Shown in pieces: positions 7,305 through 16,658 of a stretch of 64,000 nt of DNA. The stretch lies in contig OZ243916.1 in the NCBI GenBank assembly GCA_965213675.1, positions 64,001 to 128,000 of the forward strand, written 5' to 3'. This DNA is from an uncultured Candidatus Binatia bacterium (GTDB lineage: Bacteria > Desulfobacterota > Binatia > UBA9968 > JAJDTQ01). Within the stretch, counting starts at the first letter, position 1, and the number at the start of each line of letters is the position of its first letter. The translations under genes and the position numbers were made by a program. The notes under the pieces are model-generated. The model was not told the DNA's origin. It did no database searches and was given only the letters and a program-made list of their open reading frames with translations.

Positions 7305-10238
7305 TCAGGCGATCTGCCTTCGGACCAGTTCCCTGAACACCCCGTCGACCTCCAGGAGTTCCTCGAAGGAGCCGCTCTGCACGACTTTTCCGGCCTGCAG
7401 CACGTAGATGCGGTCCGCCTGTTCCAGCGTGGACAGGCGGTGGGCGATGACGATGCGGGTCGACGTCAGCAAGGCCAGGTTCTGCATGACCTCGGCCTGG
7501 CCTTCGTTGTCGAGCCAGTTGGTTGCCTCGTCCAGCAGCATGATCCGCGGGTCGCCGAGCAGCGAGCGGGCGATGGTGACGCGCTGACTCTCGCCTCCCG
7601 ACAGCACGCCCCCGATGGCCCCGACCATGGTCATCATGCCCATGGGCATGGCCTTGATCTCGCTTTCGATCCCGGCGGCCCGGGACGCTTGCCATACCTC
7701 CTCGGTGGTCGTTCCCTCGTGGTGCGAGACGATGTTGTCCCAGAGGTCCTGGGGATGGAGCCTCACGGCCTGGGGAACCGCGCCAATCTTCCGGCGCACC
7801 TGTTTCAAATTCAGGTATCTCAGATCGCGGCCGTCGTAGTACACCGCGCCGGCGGTCGGCCGGTCGATGCCGAGGGCGAGCCGGAACAGGGTGCTCTTGC
7901 CGGCACCGGACTCGCCGGCAATCGCGATGAATTCACCGGGACGGGCGCGGATCGTGACATCGTCGAGAATCAACGGACCGTCGGAGTCGTAGCGGAAGGA
8001 GATACGGTCGAACAGGACGTCGCCCCCCAGGCGTTCCACCGGCTCTCCCTCGACGTCGGACTCGGGAACCGTGGCGAGCAGCGGGCGCATCTGGTCGAAC
8101 GCGGGCAGCATTGCGGCAACGGCGCCGAAGGACTCGCCGAGCCGTGCGATGGCGGACTGGAAAGCGATGAAGACGGTGTAAACGACGAGAAAATCGCCCA
8201 CTGGGACGTTGCGCTCGCTCGCCGTGACCACCGAGAAAAGCAGCACCCCGGCGGCAAGGTAGGGAAGCGCTGCGCCGAGTGCCCGCGAGTGTCCCTCGAG
8301 CGCCCCCAGTTCGAGTTCCGCGCGTTTCTGCTCGCGATAATCCCGCGCCCAGATGGCGAAGGCCGACCCTTCCGCATTTTCCACGCGCAGCTTGGCGATA
8401 CCGCCCACGATCTGGAACAGCCGCCCGGCGACGCGGCGCACCGCGCTGATCATCCGCCCATAAGGTGCAATCTGGCGCAACCCAAGGGCCACCGTGACCA
8501 GCAGCGAAGCCGCGCTGAAGACGAGGGCGATGACTCCGAGGGTGGTGTCGTAGAAGAAGATGACGCCAAAGACCGGGAGCAGGAAAACGATCGACAGCAG
8601 GCCGTCGGCGACGACTCCCTGAAAGCCGTCGCGAAGATTCTGGAACGTCATTCCCGCCATGGCCAGATCGCCCGCCGGATGGCGGTGCAGAATGCTTGGC
8701 GGAAGGCGCATGAGGCGGTCCCAGAAGGCGGCTTCGACGCGGGATGCCGAGCGTCCTTCGAGCCGCATCATCGCCGAGCTTTGAAACAGGTGCAGCAGTG
8801 CGCCGAGCAGGCCGAAGCCGGCGAGCGTCGCGGCCACCGCATAGAGCGCGCTGGCACTTCCCCCGGCCACGACGTGGTTCGCGACGAATCCAAGCGCGAG
8901 TGCCGGCAGCAGCTTGATCAGGCCGCCCGGGAGCCCGGCAATCACCAGCCGCGCCAGATCCGCGGCCGATCCATGCAGGGCGATTCTCATCAGGTCCGCC
9001 GGTTTCACGTCCTCTGGCGGCAACGGCTGATAGAATACCCAGGCTTCGTCCTGCAGCGCGCCGGCGCGCTCCTCCGTGAGCCGGACACGGCGTTTGCTGA
9101 CGGGGTCCACTTCCTGGTAGCGCCCGAAGATTCCCGGCAAGAGCGCAACGGGCCGGCCGTCCTCGGCGCGGAATGCCAGCATCGCGTTGCTGTCGCCGCG
9201 CCACCAGTTGCCCTCGCCCTTGAAGCGCACGCGCCGGGCGCGTACGCCCGACGCATCGAGTACGTCCACGAGGCCGACCGGAGCACCGGCGGGTCCCGAG
9301 CGCGCCGGGATCCTGAAGTCGATTCCCTGATGGCGGCCGACGATTTGCAGGGCATCCGCGGTAGCCGTGTCCTCGGCCCTGGCTTCCCGGTCCATCGGCA
9401 GGTCGTAGATGTTGAAAAGCCGCTGTCGGGCGGCTCTTTCGGCGGTGCGGCGGCTGGCTGTCCGCTCGCGTTCGAGATTCGCATCATCGACTACGGCCAA
9501 CCGGCGGTTCAGGCGTTCCACGGCGAAGGCCAACCCGTGAAACGACGCGAGCGCCGGCAGCAGCGTGCCTTGCCGCGCCAGCGTTTCGGTTGATTCGCCC
9601 GACAGTGTCGCTTCACCAAACAACGTGAGCCAAGCCGTCCGCGTCAGCGGTATCGCGGCTTCGGGTGCGCCGCTTGCTTCAGCGAGTTCCGTCGGCCCGA
9701 TCATATCCATGAAAAGGCTTACGCCGCGAGGCGGTGTGGACACCCACACGACACCGCGCCGCACGGACAGCGTACAAGCGGCCAGCGTCTGCGTCACCCC
9801 GGGTCCGGCCAGCGCGGTGGCGCGCGGGATGTGACTTACGAGCCGTGAAAGCGTATCGGTCACGGCGGTAAGCCAGGTGTCGGTCTGTTCGGCCAGCTCT
9901 GCCGGATGAACGCCGGACAGCAAGGATGCCGGCAGGCGTTTCAGCAGGGTACCCGGCAATCCCTTGGCGATCACCCTGAGCGTGGTGTCGCCGCCATTGT
10001 CGTCTTGTTCGTCCGGCGCGACGCCCCACAGCAATCTGCCCGATCCGCAACGCAGCAGATGCTGCGGCGCCGCCTGCTGCACGCCGTCCCTGAATTCGAC
10101 CAGGAAGAGATCGGCGACGCCCTGATCGATGAACCAGACGCTATCCGGATCGTCGAGGTTCACCGGCAGGTTGCCGGCGCAGGGCTCGGATGTGCCCGAG
10201 CGGGCGGCGAGTTGGGCTATGGTTGCGTGTTCCGGCAT
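7305..10238 (-). CDS. NHLM bacteriocin-system ABC transporter, permease/ATP-binding protein
   Basis: N-terminal cNMP-binding-like segment, TM domain, Walker A GESGAGKST, signature LSGGESQR and Walker B LLDEAT. Confidence 0.9.
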   Translation of the reverse strand: MPEHATIAQLAARSGTSEPCAGNLPVNLDDPDSVWFIDQGVADLFLVEFRDGVQQAAPQHLLRCGSGRLLWGVAPDEQDDNGGDTTLRVIAKGLPGTLLKRLPASLLSGVHPAELAEQTDTWLTAVTDTLSRLVSHIPRATALAGPGVTQTLAACTLSVRRGVVWVSTPPRGVSLFMDMIGPTELAEASGAPEAAIPLTRTAWLTLFGEATLSGESTETLARQGTLLPALASFHGLAFAVERLNRRLAVVDDANLERERTASRRTAERAARQRLFNIYDLPMDREARAEDTATADALQIVGRHQGIDFRIPARSGPAGAPVGLVDVLDASGVRARRVRFKGEGNWWRGDSNAMLAFRAEDGRPVALLPGIFGRYQEVDPVSKRRVRLTEERAGALQDEAWVFYQPLPPEDVKPADLMRIALHGSAADLARLVIAGLPGGLIKLLPALALGFVANHVVAGGSASALYAVAATLAGFGLLGALLHLFQSSAMMRLEGRSASRVEAAFWDRLMRLPPSILHRHPAGDLAMAGMTFQNLRDGFQGVVADGLLSIVFLLPVFGVIFFYDTTLGVIALVFSAASLLVTVALGLRQIAPYGRMISAVRRVAGRLFQIVGGIAKLRVENAEGSAFAIWARDYREQKRAELELGALEGHSRALGAALPYLAAGVLLFSVVTASERNVPVGDFLVVYTVFIAFQSAIARLGESFGAVAAMLPAFDQMRPLLATVPESDVEGEPVERLGGDVLFDRISFRYDSDGPLILDDVTIRARPGEFIAIAGESGAGKSTLFRLALGIDRPTAGAVYYDGRDLRYLNLKQVRRKIGAVPQAVRLHPQDLWDNIVSHHEGTTTEEVWQASRAAGIESEIKAMPMGMMTMVGAIGGVLSGGESQRVTIARSLLGDPRIMLLDEATNWLDNEGQAEVMQNLALLTSTRIVIAHRLSTLEQADRIYVLQAGKVVQSGSFEELLEVDGVFRELVRRQIA

Positions 10239-10248
10239 GGGGCCTGCA

Positions 10249-12459
10249 TCAGCCTGACTTGACCAGCTTGAAGTACGTGCCGTCCCGGTCCGCCATCAAC
10301 TCGTCGTGGGTGCCGCGCTGCACTTCCACGCCCTTGTCGAGAACGATGATCTGGTCGCAGTCCCTCACGGTGCTCAGCCGGTGCGCCACGATCAGGCAGG
10401 TGACGCCGCGGCGCCGCAAGGCATCATCGACGTATTCCTCCGTCGCGGCATCGAGCGCGCTGGTCGCTTCGTCCAGAACGAGCACCGTCGGATTGCCCAC
10501 CAGCGCCCGGGCGATTTCCAGCCTTTGCCGCTGGCCGCCGCTGAAATTCACCCCGCCTTCCTCGACCAGGGTCGCATATCCGTGGGGCCGGAGCAGGATT
10601 TCTTCGTGGATGCAGGCGTCCCGCGTTGCGGCCACGATGACTTCATCCGGAACGGCCGGGTTCCACAAGGTGATGTTGTCGCGCAGGGAGGCGGAAAACA
10701 GCACTGCCTCCTGATCCACCATGGAAATGGACCGCCGCAGCACTTCCACGGGAATCTCATCCCGCGGATGGCCGTCGAACAGGATCTCGCCCGACCAGGG
10801 TTGAGAGATGCCCGAGACCAGACGCGCCAGGGTCGACTTTCCCGAGCCGCTGGGACCCACCACGGCAACCCGCTGCCCAGGCCTGATCACGAGGTTGAAG
10901 TCCTTGATCAAGGGCGGCCGGCTCTTGTTGTAACCGAAGTTGACGTCGCGCAGTTCGAGGCGGCCTGCAAGCTGAAGCCGGCCGTTGAACGTGGGGATGG
11001 ACTCCGATTCGGGACTTCGACGGCTGAAAACGGGGTCCTCGGCGGTCCTGGAGACGTCTTCCAGTCGTTGCAGATCGGTTTCGAGGGCGTGGCGTTTGTC
11101 GGCGAACTCCAGAAAGCGTCCGACAGGCGCCAGGAACATCTCGGCCAGGATATAGAACCCGACCAGCGTCCCCAGGGTCATTTGTCCGGTCATGACCAGG
11201 CTTCCTCCGATGCCCAGGATCGCCGCGGCGCGAAGCGCGGTGACCAGGCCCGGAAGCGCGGTACTGACGGAGGCCAGCTCGGAATAGAGCTGGCGCGCGC
11301 GCAGTTCGCGCGCCTGCTGACCGCTCCAGCGCGAGAAGAACCGATCATCCGACCCCGTCATGCGCAGGTTGTCCGCGTGACTCAACATCTGCATTCCGAA
11401 GCCGATCAGCAGTCCCTGTTCGCGCCTCATCGCGTGGCTTCGGACGTCCCGGAGCGCGTTGAGAAAGTGGGCCAGCAGTCCGTGCAGGAGGGCCAGCAGC
11501 ACGATGATCAGGGTGAGCAGGACGTCGTAGGCCAGCATGGCGAAGAGCAACACCGCGCTCATCGCCATGTCGATGAGAAGCACGAGAAACTGCTCCGTCA
11601 GGTTCTTCGCGATCCTGTCGATGGACGAGACCCGGTCGGTCAAATCGCCCACCAGCCTGTGTTCGAAAAACTCCACCGGCAACCGCAGCAGCCGGGACAG
11701 GCCCCGGTTGTAGCCGACAACGGAAATCCGCACCGCGAGCCGTTTGAGGAATCGGTGCTTGAGCAGAGACAGCACGTACACCAGCACGCCGCCGCCGAGC
11801 AACGCTGCCACCAAACCGCCCCAAGGCCCATGGTTTTCCAGAACGTTGTCCACGAAAACACCGAGGGACACGGGGACCAGCAGCGCCAGCAAGGTCAACA
11901 TGAGCACGCAGGCAAGCACCCCGGTAAGCACGTTCCATGATCCGGCCAGCAAGGTGCGCAATTGGCTGAACAGGCCGGGCCGTTCGCCGCCCGCCGTGAA
12001 ATCGGCGCCGCGCTTGAACTGTAGCGCGATGCCACTGTAGCTCTTGGTGAACTCTTCCGCGGAAAGCGTGCGCCGCCCCGTGGCCGGGTCATTGAGGTGG
12101 AAATTGCGGCTGTCGAACCCTTCGAGGACGACGAAATGGCTGAACTGCCAGAACAGGATCAGGGGCAACGGGAGCTTCTTCAGTGAGTCGGCGCGTAGGC
12201 TGAGCCCCCTGCATTCGAGGCCGTAGTGCCTGGAGGCGCGCGAGATGCTCGCCGCGCTGCTGCCGTCCCGGCTGACCTCGCACTTCTCGCGCAACTCGGC
12301 AAGCGGCACCCAGCGCCCGAAGTAGCCCAGAATGCTGCCGAGGCAGGCGGCGCCACATTCCGTCGCGTGCATCTGCAACAGAATCGGCGTGGTCACCCTT
12401 CGTTTCGACGGATCCGCGCCGGCCCTGTTGTCTGCCCCCCTGGACGCGCGCGGCTGCAT
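10249..12459 (-). CDS. Peptidase-containing ABC transporter (C39 peptidase plus ABC), NHLM type
   Basis: QMHATECGAACL (catalytic Cys), HFVVLEG, LNDPATG, Walker A GPSGSGKST, FSGGQRQR and LDEATSALD. Confidence 0.93.
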   Translation of the reverse strand: MQPRASRGADNRAGADPSKRRVTTPILLQMHATECGAACLGSILGYFGRWVPLAELREKCEVSRDGSSAASISRASRHYGLECRGLSLRADSLKKLPLPLILFWQFSHFVVLEGFDSRNFHLNDPATGRRTLSAEEFTKSYSGIALQFKRGADFTAGGERPGLFSQLRTLLAGSWNVLTGVLACVLMLTLLALLVPVSLGVFVDNVLENHGPWGGLVAALLGGGVLVYVLSLLKHRFLKRLAVRISVVGYNRGLSRLLRLPVEFFEHRLVGDLTDRVSSIDRIAKNLTEQFLVLLIDMAMSAVLLFAMLAYDVLLTLIIVLLALLHGLLAHFLNALRDVRSHAMRREQGLLIGFGMQMLSHADNLRMTGSDDRFFSRWSGQQARELRARQLYSELASVSTALPGLVTALRAAAILGIGGSLVMTGQMTLGTLVGFYILAEMFLAPVGRFLEFADKRHALETDLQRLEDVSRTAEDPVFSRRSPESESIPTFNGRLQLAGRLELRDVNFGYNKSRPPLIKDFNLVIRPGQRVAVVGPSGSGKSTLARLVSGISQPWSGEILFDGHPRDEIPVEVLRRSISMVDQEAVLFSASLRDNITLWNPAVPDEVIVAATRDACIHEEILLRPHGYATLVEEGGVNFSGGQRQRLEIARALVGNPTVLVLDEATSALDAATEEYVDDALRRRGVTCLIVAHRLSTVRDCDQIIVLDKGVEVQRGTHDELMADRDGTYFKLVKSG

Positions 12460-12460
12460 C

Positions 12461-13033
12461 TTATGATGGCCTCATTCCGAAAAGCGCGAGCGGGGACTGT
12501 CTGCCGAGTTCGATGACGATCCGGCATTCCCGACCCGCAACGGAATCGGCGTCAAGCCCCTTGTCGAGGGCGATACCGAGGCGGTACACGGACACCGGCG
12601 CCGCGGACTTCAACGCCGCCAACTCCCCGGACAAGGGCAAAGCGGAAACTGTCGTGACCTTTCCGTCAAGTGTGTCCGCTTTTTCGTCCGCCACACACTG
12701 CTCTATCGCCGCCGGCATCCCCGCCTTGATACGCCTTGCGACGTCGTTCGCGACCCAGAAGAGCGTTTGCACGGACCGTTTGCCCTCGGCCTGGCTTTCG
12801 CCATGCTCTACCAGTGCGCCCTCTACCGCAATGCTGCGAGGTACTTCGCCGAAGAAGAGCCATCCCGCGAGGATGCACAACAGCAAGGCGATGACGGCGA
12901 CAAGCGTACGCTCCCGCGGCGTGGAAATGGTCAGCAGCCGGTCGAGTTGTTCACGTTCTTCCTTTCCTTCGGCAACCGTGTTGTGAAATGAGTCGAATGG
13001 ATTATTGAACACGACCGTCCGTAACCTCCTCAC
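12461..13033 (-). CDS. Short NHLM secretion-protein (HlyD-like) homologue
   Basis: EQLDRLLTISTPRE followed by one TM helix, as in the N-terminus of NHLM secretion proteins, and C-terminal QSPLALF. Only about 190 aa; first gene of the transporter operon; start uncertain. Confidence 0.65.
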   Translation of the reverse strand: MRRLRTVVFNNPFDSFHNTVAEGKEEREQLDRLLTISTPRERTLVAVIALLLCILAGWLFFGEVPRSIAVEGALVEHGESQAEGKRSVQTLFWVANDVARRIKAGMPAAIEQCVADEKADTLDGKVTTVSALPLSGELAALKSAAPVSVYRLGIALDKGLDADSVAGRECRIVIELGRQSPLALFGMRPS

Positions 13034-13167
13034 AGAAATGGAGCAAGGACAAGGAACATCTCATGCGGCATGATTGAAAGGTTTGGAAGATTATATGCAA
13101 CCCCGACTGAAAATTCCAGCAAGTCCAGGAGCTTAACCTTTAAGGGGAATCAAGGTAGAATGCGGAC

Positions 13168-14064
13168 ATGTCCATGACGGGACCCGCGCGGATGCTCCTT
13201 GACAGTGAAACCGTCGGAAAATGGCTCATCAACCCGGGTTGGGCCAAGGGTATCCGGCGTCTCCGGGGTGCTTGGTTCGGTGTCCGGGTCCTGGCGCTGG
13301 CGTGTTTCTGCTTGCCGAATGCACATGCCCTTGCCCAGGAAGAAACGCCCGAGGACAAAGGTCTCAGGATCGCGCGTGAAGCGAGCGTCCGCGACGACGG
13401 CTTCGGGGATTTCATCGCCGGAATGACCATGGTGTTGCGCGACCGGCACGGCCGGGAAAGCGTCCGCCGGATGCGCTTCAAGGTGCTGGAGGTGCCGCGG
13501 GATGGCGACAAGAGCCTGTTCGTTTTCGATCAGCCGCGGGACGTGCGGGGAACCGCCCTGCTGACCCACGCTCACACCAACGCCCCGGACGACCAATGGC
13601 TCTATCTGCCTGCCCTGAAGAGGGTAAAGCGCATCAACGCCGCGAGGCGTTCGGGGTCGTTCATGGGAAGCGAGTTTTCCTACGAAGACATGAGTTCCCA
13701 GGACGTGGAGGAATACACCCACAAGTATCTTCGCGACGAGTCCTGTGGCGGACTCACTTGCACGGTGACCGAGCAGGTTCCCCTGGACAAGAAGTCCGGG
13801 TACAGCCGCAAGGTCGTCTGGCAGGATACCGGCGAGCTTCGAGTCTGGAAAATGGAGCTTTACGACCGTCGGGGCTCGCACCTGAAGACGCTTACCTTCG
13901 CCAACTATCAGCAATATCTGGATCGGTACTGGCGGGCGGGAGAACAGACGATGGTGAATCACCTGACCGGAGCGAGCACGGTGCTCCAATGGACCGATTT
14001 CCGCTTCCGCACCAATCTTCAGGACAGCGAATTCAACCACTTGTCGCTTCGACGCGTGCGCTGA
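13168..14064 (+). CDS. Outer-membrane lipoprotein-sorting (LolA-like) protein
   Basis: Signal peptide (...AHALAQ) and family motifs PRDVRGTALL, DDQWLYLPALKRVKRI and FMGSEFSYED. True start may be downstream. Confidence 0.85.
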   Translation: MSMTGPARMLLDSETVGKWLINPGWAKGIRRLRGAWFGVRVLALACFCLPNAHALAQEETPEDKGLRIAREASVRDDGFGDFIAGMTMVLRDRHGRESVRRMRFKVLEVPRDGDKSLFVFDQPRDVRGTALLTHAHTNAPDDQWLYLPALKRVKRINAARRSGSFMGSEFSYEDMSSQDVEEYTHKYLRDESCGGLTCTVTEQVPLDKKSGYSRKVVWQDTGELRVWKMELYDRRGSHLKTLTFANYQQYLDRYWRAGEQTMVNHLTGASTVLQWTDFRFRTNLQDSEFNHLSLRRVR

Positions 14065-15293
14065 TGCGATTCCGCCGCGCAATGGCGGCCCTCGTGCTCT
14101 TGGTTGCCGCGGGTGCCGAGGCGCAGTCTCTGGAGTTTTCGGGCGACCTCAGCCTCCAGGGGCGATGGTATCCGGAATCGCCGGCCTTCGCGGATCAGCG
14201 TTCAAGCACCGCCGGGCTGGTCGTCGAGCCGACGCTTCACGGCGAGGTCGCGCCGAGGACCAGCTTCACCCTCGCCGCGCTTTATCGGTACGACAGCGCC
14301 GACTCCCGGCGCACCCATGCGGACCTGCGCGAGGCCTACCTGCTGGTGTACGGAGACTCGGGCGAGAATTCCTGGGAGCTCCGCCTGGGAATTGACCAGG
14401 CTTTCTGGGGGGTGGCCGAGGCGCACAACCTCGTGGATATCGTCAACCAGGTGGACCTCGTCGAGCACCCGCGCAATCGACCCAAGCTGGGCCAGCCCAT
14501 GGCGCGTCTGACGATCTCCGGCGACTGGGGCCTCGCCGAGTCGTTTCTGCTGCCTTATCATCGCAAGCGCATATTCCCGGGGCGTCGCGGACGCCACCGA
14601 TCGGGCCGCCCGATCCACGACGACGCGTTGTACGAGAGCGGCGCCGAAGAGCGCCATGTGGACTTCGCGTTCCGCTACGGCAAGTCCCTGGGTTCCCTTG
14701 ACTTTGGGCTCAGTACCTTTGTTGGAACAAGCCGCGAGCCCTCGTTTCTTTTCGCCCGTCCATCCGGCCCGGTGCCGGCAATCGACACGCCTTTGATCCC
14801 ATACTACGAACAGATCCGGCAGTTCGGCGTCGACGCGCAACTCACCACCGAGCCCTGGCTCTACAAGATGGAAGCCATTCGGCGCAACGGAGCGCGCAAC
14901 CTCCGGGGCCAGGAGGAGGATTACAGCGCCTTCGTCGTCGGCCTGGAACGCACTCTCTACGCGCTGCTCGAGTCCCGGGCGGACTTGACCGTCCTCGCCG
15001 AGTGGCTCTACGATGGCCGCGGCCGCCGTGCTACAAGCGTCTGGGAGAACGACCTGTATATCGCGGGCTTCCTTGCTTTCAACGACGTGCAGGGCACCGA
15101 GTTCGTGGCAGGCATCCGAGTCGACCTCCGCCATGATTCTCGTGCGTTGAACCTGGAATTGAAACGCCGTCTGTCGGATGGTTGGTCGATGCGCCTGGAA
15201 GGGATCGTGAACCTGAGCGCGGACCCGCGGGATTTGACCTACGACGGGAGACGCGACAGCTTCCTGGGCGTGGACTTCACGTTCAGCTTCTGA
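14064..15293 (+). CDS. Putative outer-membrane beta-barrel protein
   Basis: ATG 14064 overlaps the previous stop (TGATG). Signal peptide MRFRRAMAALVLLVAAGAEA, motif DLREAY, amphipathic strands and C-terminal VDFTFSF. Confidence 0.8.
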   Translation: MRFRRAMAALVLLVAAGAEAQSLEFSGDLSLQGRWYPESPAFADQRSSTAGLVVEPTLHGEVAPRTSFTLAALYRYDSADSRRTHADLREAYLLVYGDSGENSWELRLGIDQAFWGVAEAHNLVDIVNQVDLVEHPRNRPKLGQPMARLTISGDWGLAESFLLPYHRKRIFPGRRGRHRSGRPIHDDALYESGAEERHVDFAFRYGKSLGSLDFGLSTFVGTSREPSFLFARPSGPVPAIDTPLIPYYEQIRQFGVDAQLTTEPWLYKMEAIRRNGARNLRGQEEDYSAFVVGLERTLYALLESRADLTVLAEWLYDGRGRRATSVWENDLYIAGFLAFNDVQGTEFVAGIRVDLRHDSRALNLELKRRLSDGWSMRLEGIVNLSADPRDLTYDGRRDSFLGVDFTFSF

Positions 15294-15323
15294 TGGCCCC
15301 GACACCTGTGGAGTTCCAGTAGC

Positions 15324-16595
15324 GTGATACAGCCGGGCGGCAAATCCTTACGGAAGATCGCGGTTGTCGGGCGAGGAACCGCAGGGTCCCTGGCGGCCGC
15401 CAGCGTAACGCGCCTGCACCCCGACAGCGACCATGAGCTGCACCACATCTATGACTCGCGCATCCCGGCCATCGGAGTGGGTGAGGGCAGTTGGCCGAGC
15501 CTGGTCCAGGAATTGCACCGGCTGACGAAGCTGCCCCACGAAACCGTCCAGCAACGCTTGAACGGAACTCGAAAATACGGTGTTGCGTTCGAGGGATGGG
15601 GCCGGCGGAATCGAGACTTCACCCACTACTTCACGCCGCAACAGGTGTCCTACGCCTACCACTTGTCCGCCGACTTGATGGCGGATGTGCTGGAAGAAGG
15701 CACACGCGCGCGCCACATCGACGCGAAAGTGCTCGATATCACCAGGGTGGAGGACGGCGCGCAGGTGGAGTTCGAGGGTTTGCCGCCGGAACGTTATGAC
15801 CTGGTCTTCGACGCCCGCGGGTTTCCCAGAGGACTCGATCCCGACCGGCACATCGACATTTCTTTCATCCCAACGAATACAGCCGTGATCCGTCGCTGCC
15901 CGGCCATCATCAAAGGGGGGGATGGGCCGGTTCTGCAACATACCTATACCCGTGCGGTAGCGCGTCCGCACGGTTGGATATTCGTTATTCCGCTTACGGT
16001 GCACACATCATACGGGTACATCTTCAACCGCGATGTAAGCAGCCTTGCCGAAGTCGAAGCGGACTTCAACGCGTTCCTTGAAACCGATGGCGTATCCGAA
16101 TTCGAGCAACGCGCCGTCATTCCGTTTCCCAATTTCGTCCACCGTCAACTGTACGATGGCGCCGTGGCCCGCATCGGCAACGCGGCGGCCTTCATGGAGC
16201 CCCTTGAAGCCACGGCCATCGTGTCCGCCCAGTTGCAGGTCGGGATGGTCCTCCAAATGCGCCTCAACCGTCCACCCGAGAATCTTGAGCGCGACGCGCC
16301 GGTGGTCAATCGTTTCCTCGTCAACAACATGCTCTGCTACGGCCTGTTCGTCGGTTGGCACTATTCCTGTGGCTCGAGGTACGACAGCGAATTCTGGCGC
16401 TACGCTCGTGGCCGCGCCTGGCCACGGCACCGTCAGGCCGCGGACCCCGAGGTGGTGGGTTGCGCCGCGCTCCGCAAATTCGACGAAATGATCGAACTGT
16501 TGAATCAGGTGGTCATCGATAAGGCGGACTGGGATCGGATGTGCGCGGTCCCTCTCACCAGCTATGTACAGATGTCCCAGGGTCTTGGCTGTTAG
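15324..16595 (+). CDS. srpI: Flavin-dependent tryptophan halogenase family enzyme; peptidyl-Trp halogenase (SrpI-like brominase)
   Basis: GRGTAG FAD motif, IGVGEGS, catalytic-Lys context TRKYGVAFEGW, GWIFVIPL (WxWxIP variant) and FMEPLEATAI. The precursor core ends in Trp. Confidence 0.88.
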   Translation: MIQPGGKSLRKIAVVGRGTAGSLAAASVTRLHPDSDHELHHIYDSRIPAIGVGEGSWPSLVQELHRLTKLPHETVQQRLNGTRKYGVAFEGWGRRNRDFTHYFTPQQVSYAYHLSADLMADVLEEGTRARHIDAKVLDITRVEDGAQVEFEGLPPERYDLVFDARGFPRGLDPDRHIDISFIPTNTAVIRRCPAIIKGGDGPVLQHTYTRAVARPHGWIFVIPLTVHTSYGYIFNRDVSSLAEVEADFNAFLETDGVSEFEQRAVIPFPNFVHRQLYDGAVARIGNAAAFMEPLEATAIVSAQLQVGMVLQMRLNRPPENLERDAPVVNRFLVNNMLCYGLFVGWHYSCGSRYDSEFWRYARGRAWPRHRQAADPEVVGCAALRKFDEMIELLNQVVIDKADWDRMCAVPLTSYVQMSQGLGC

Positions 16596-16658
16596 ACCCC
16601 GTCCTGGAACATTCCCGGGAGAGGTTCCCGGGCAGCGCGTCTCCGCCGAACCCAGCGG

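Noticed and set aside
6585-9593. 1002-aa plus-strand ORF
   Set aside because: Antisense shadow of the MMPL and ABC genes, with no motifs. Long antisense frames are expected in GC-rich DNA, and the same applies to most other overlapping ORFs in the track.
13596-14063. N-terminal extension of the barrel ORF (565 aa)
   Set aside because: Overlaps the LolA-like gene. The real start with a signal peptide is ATG 14064.
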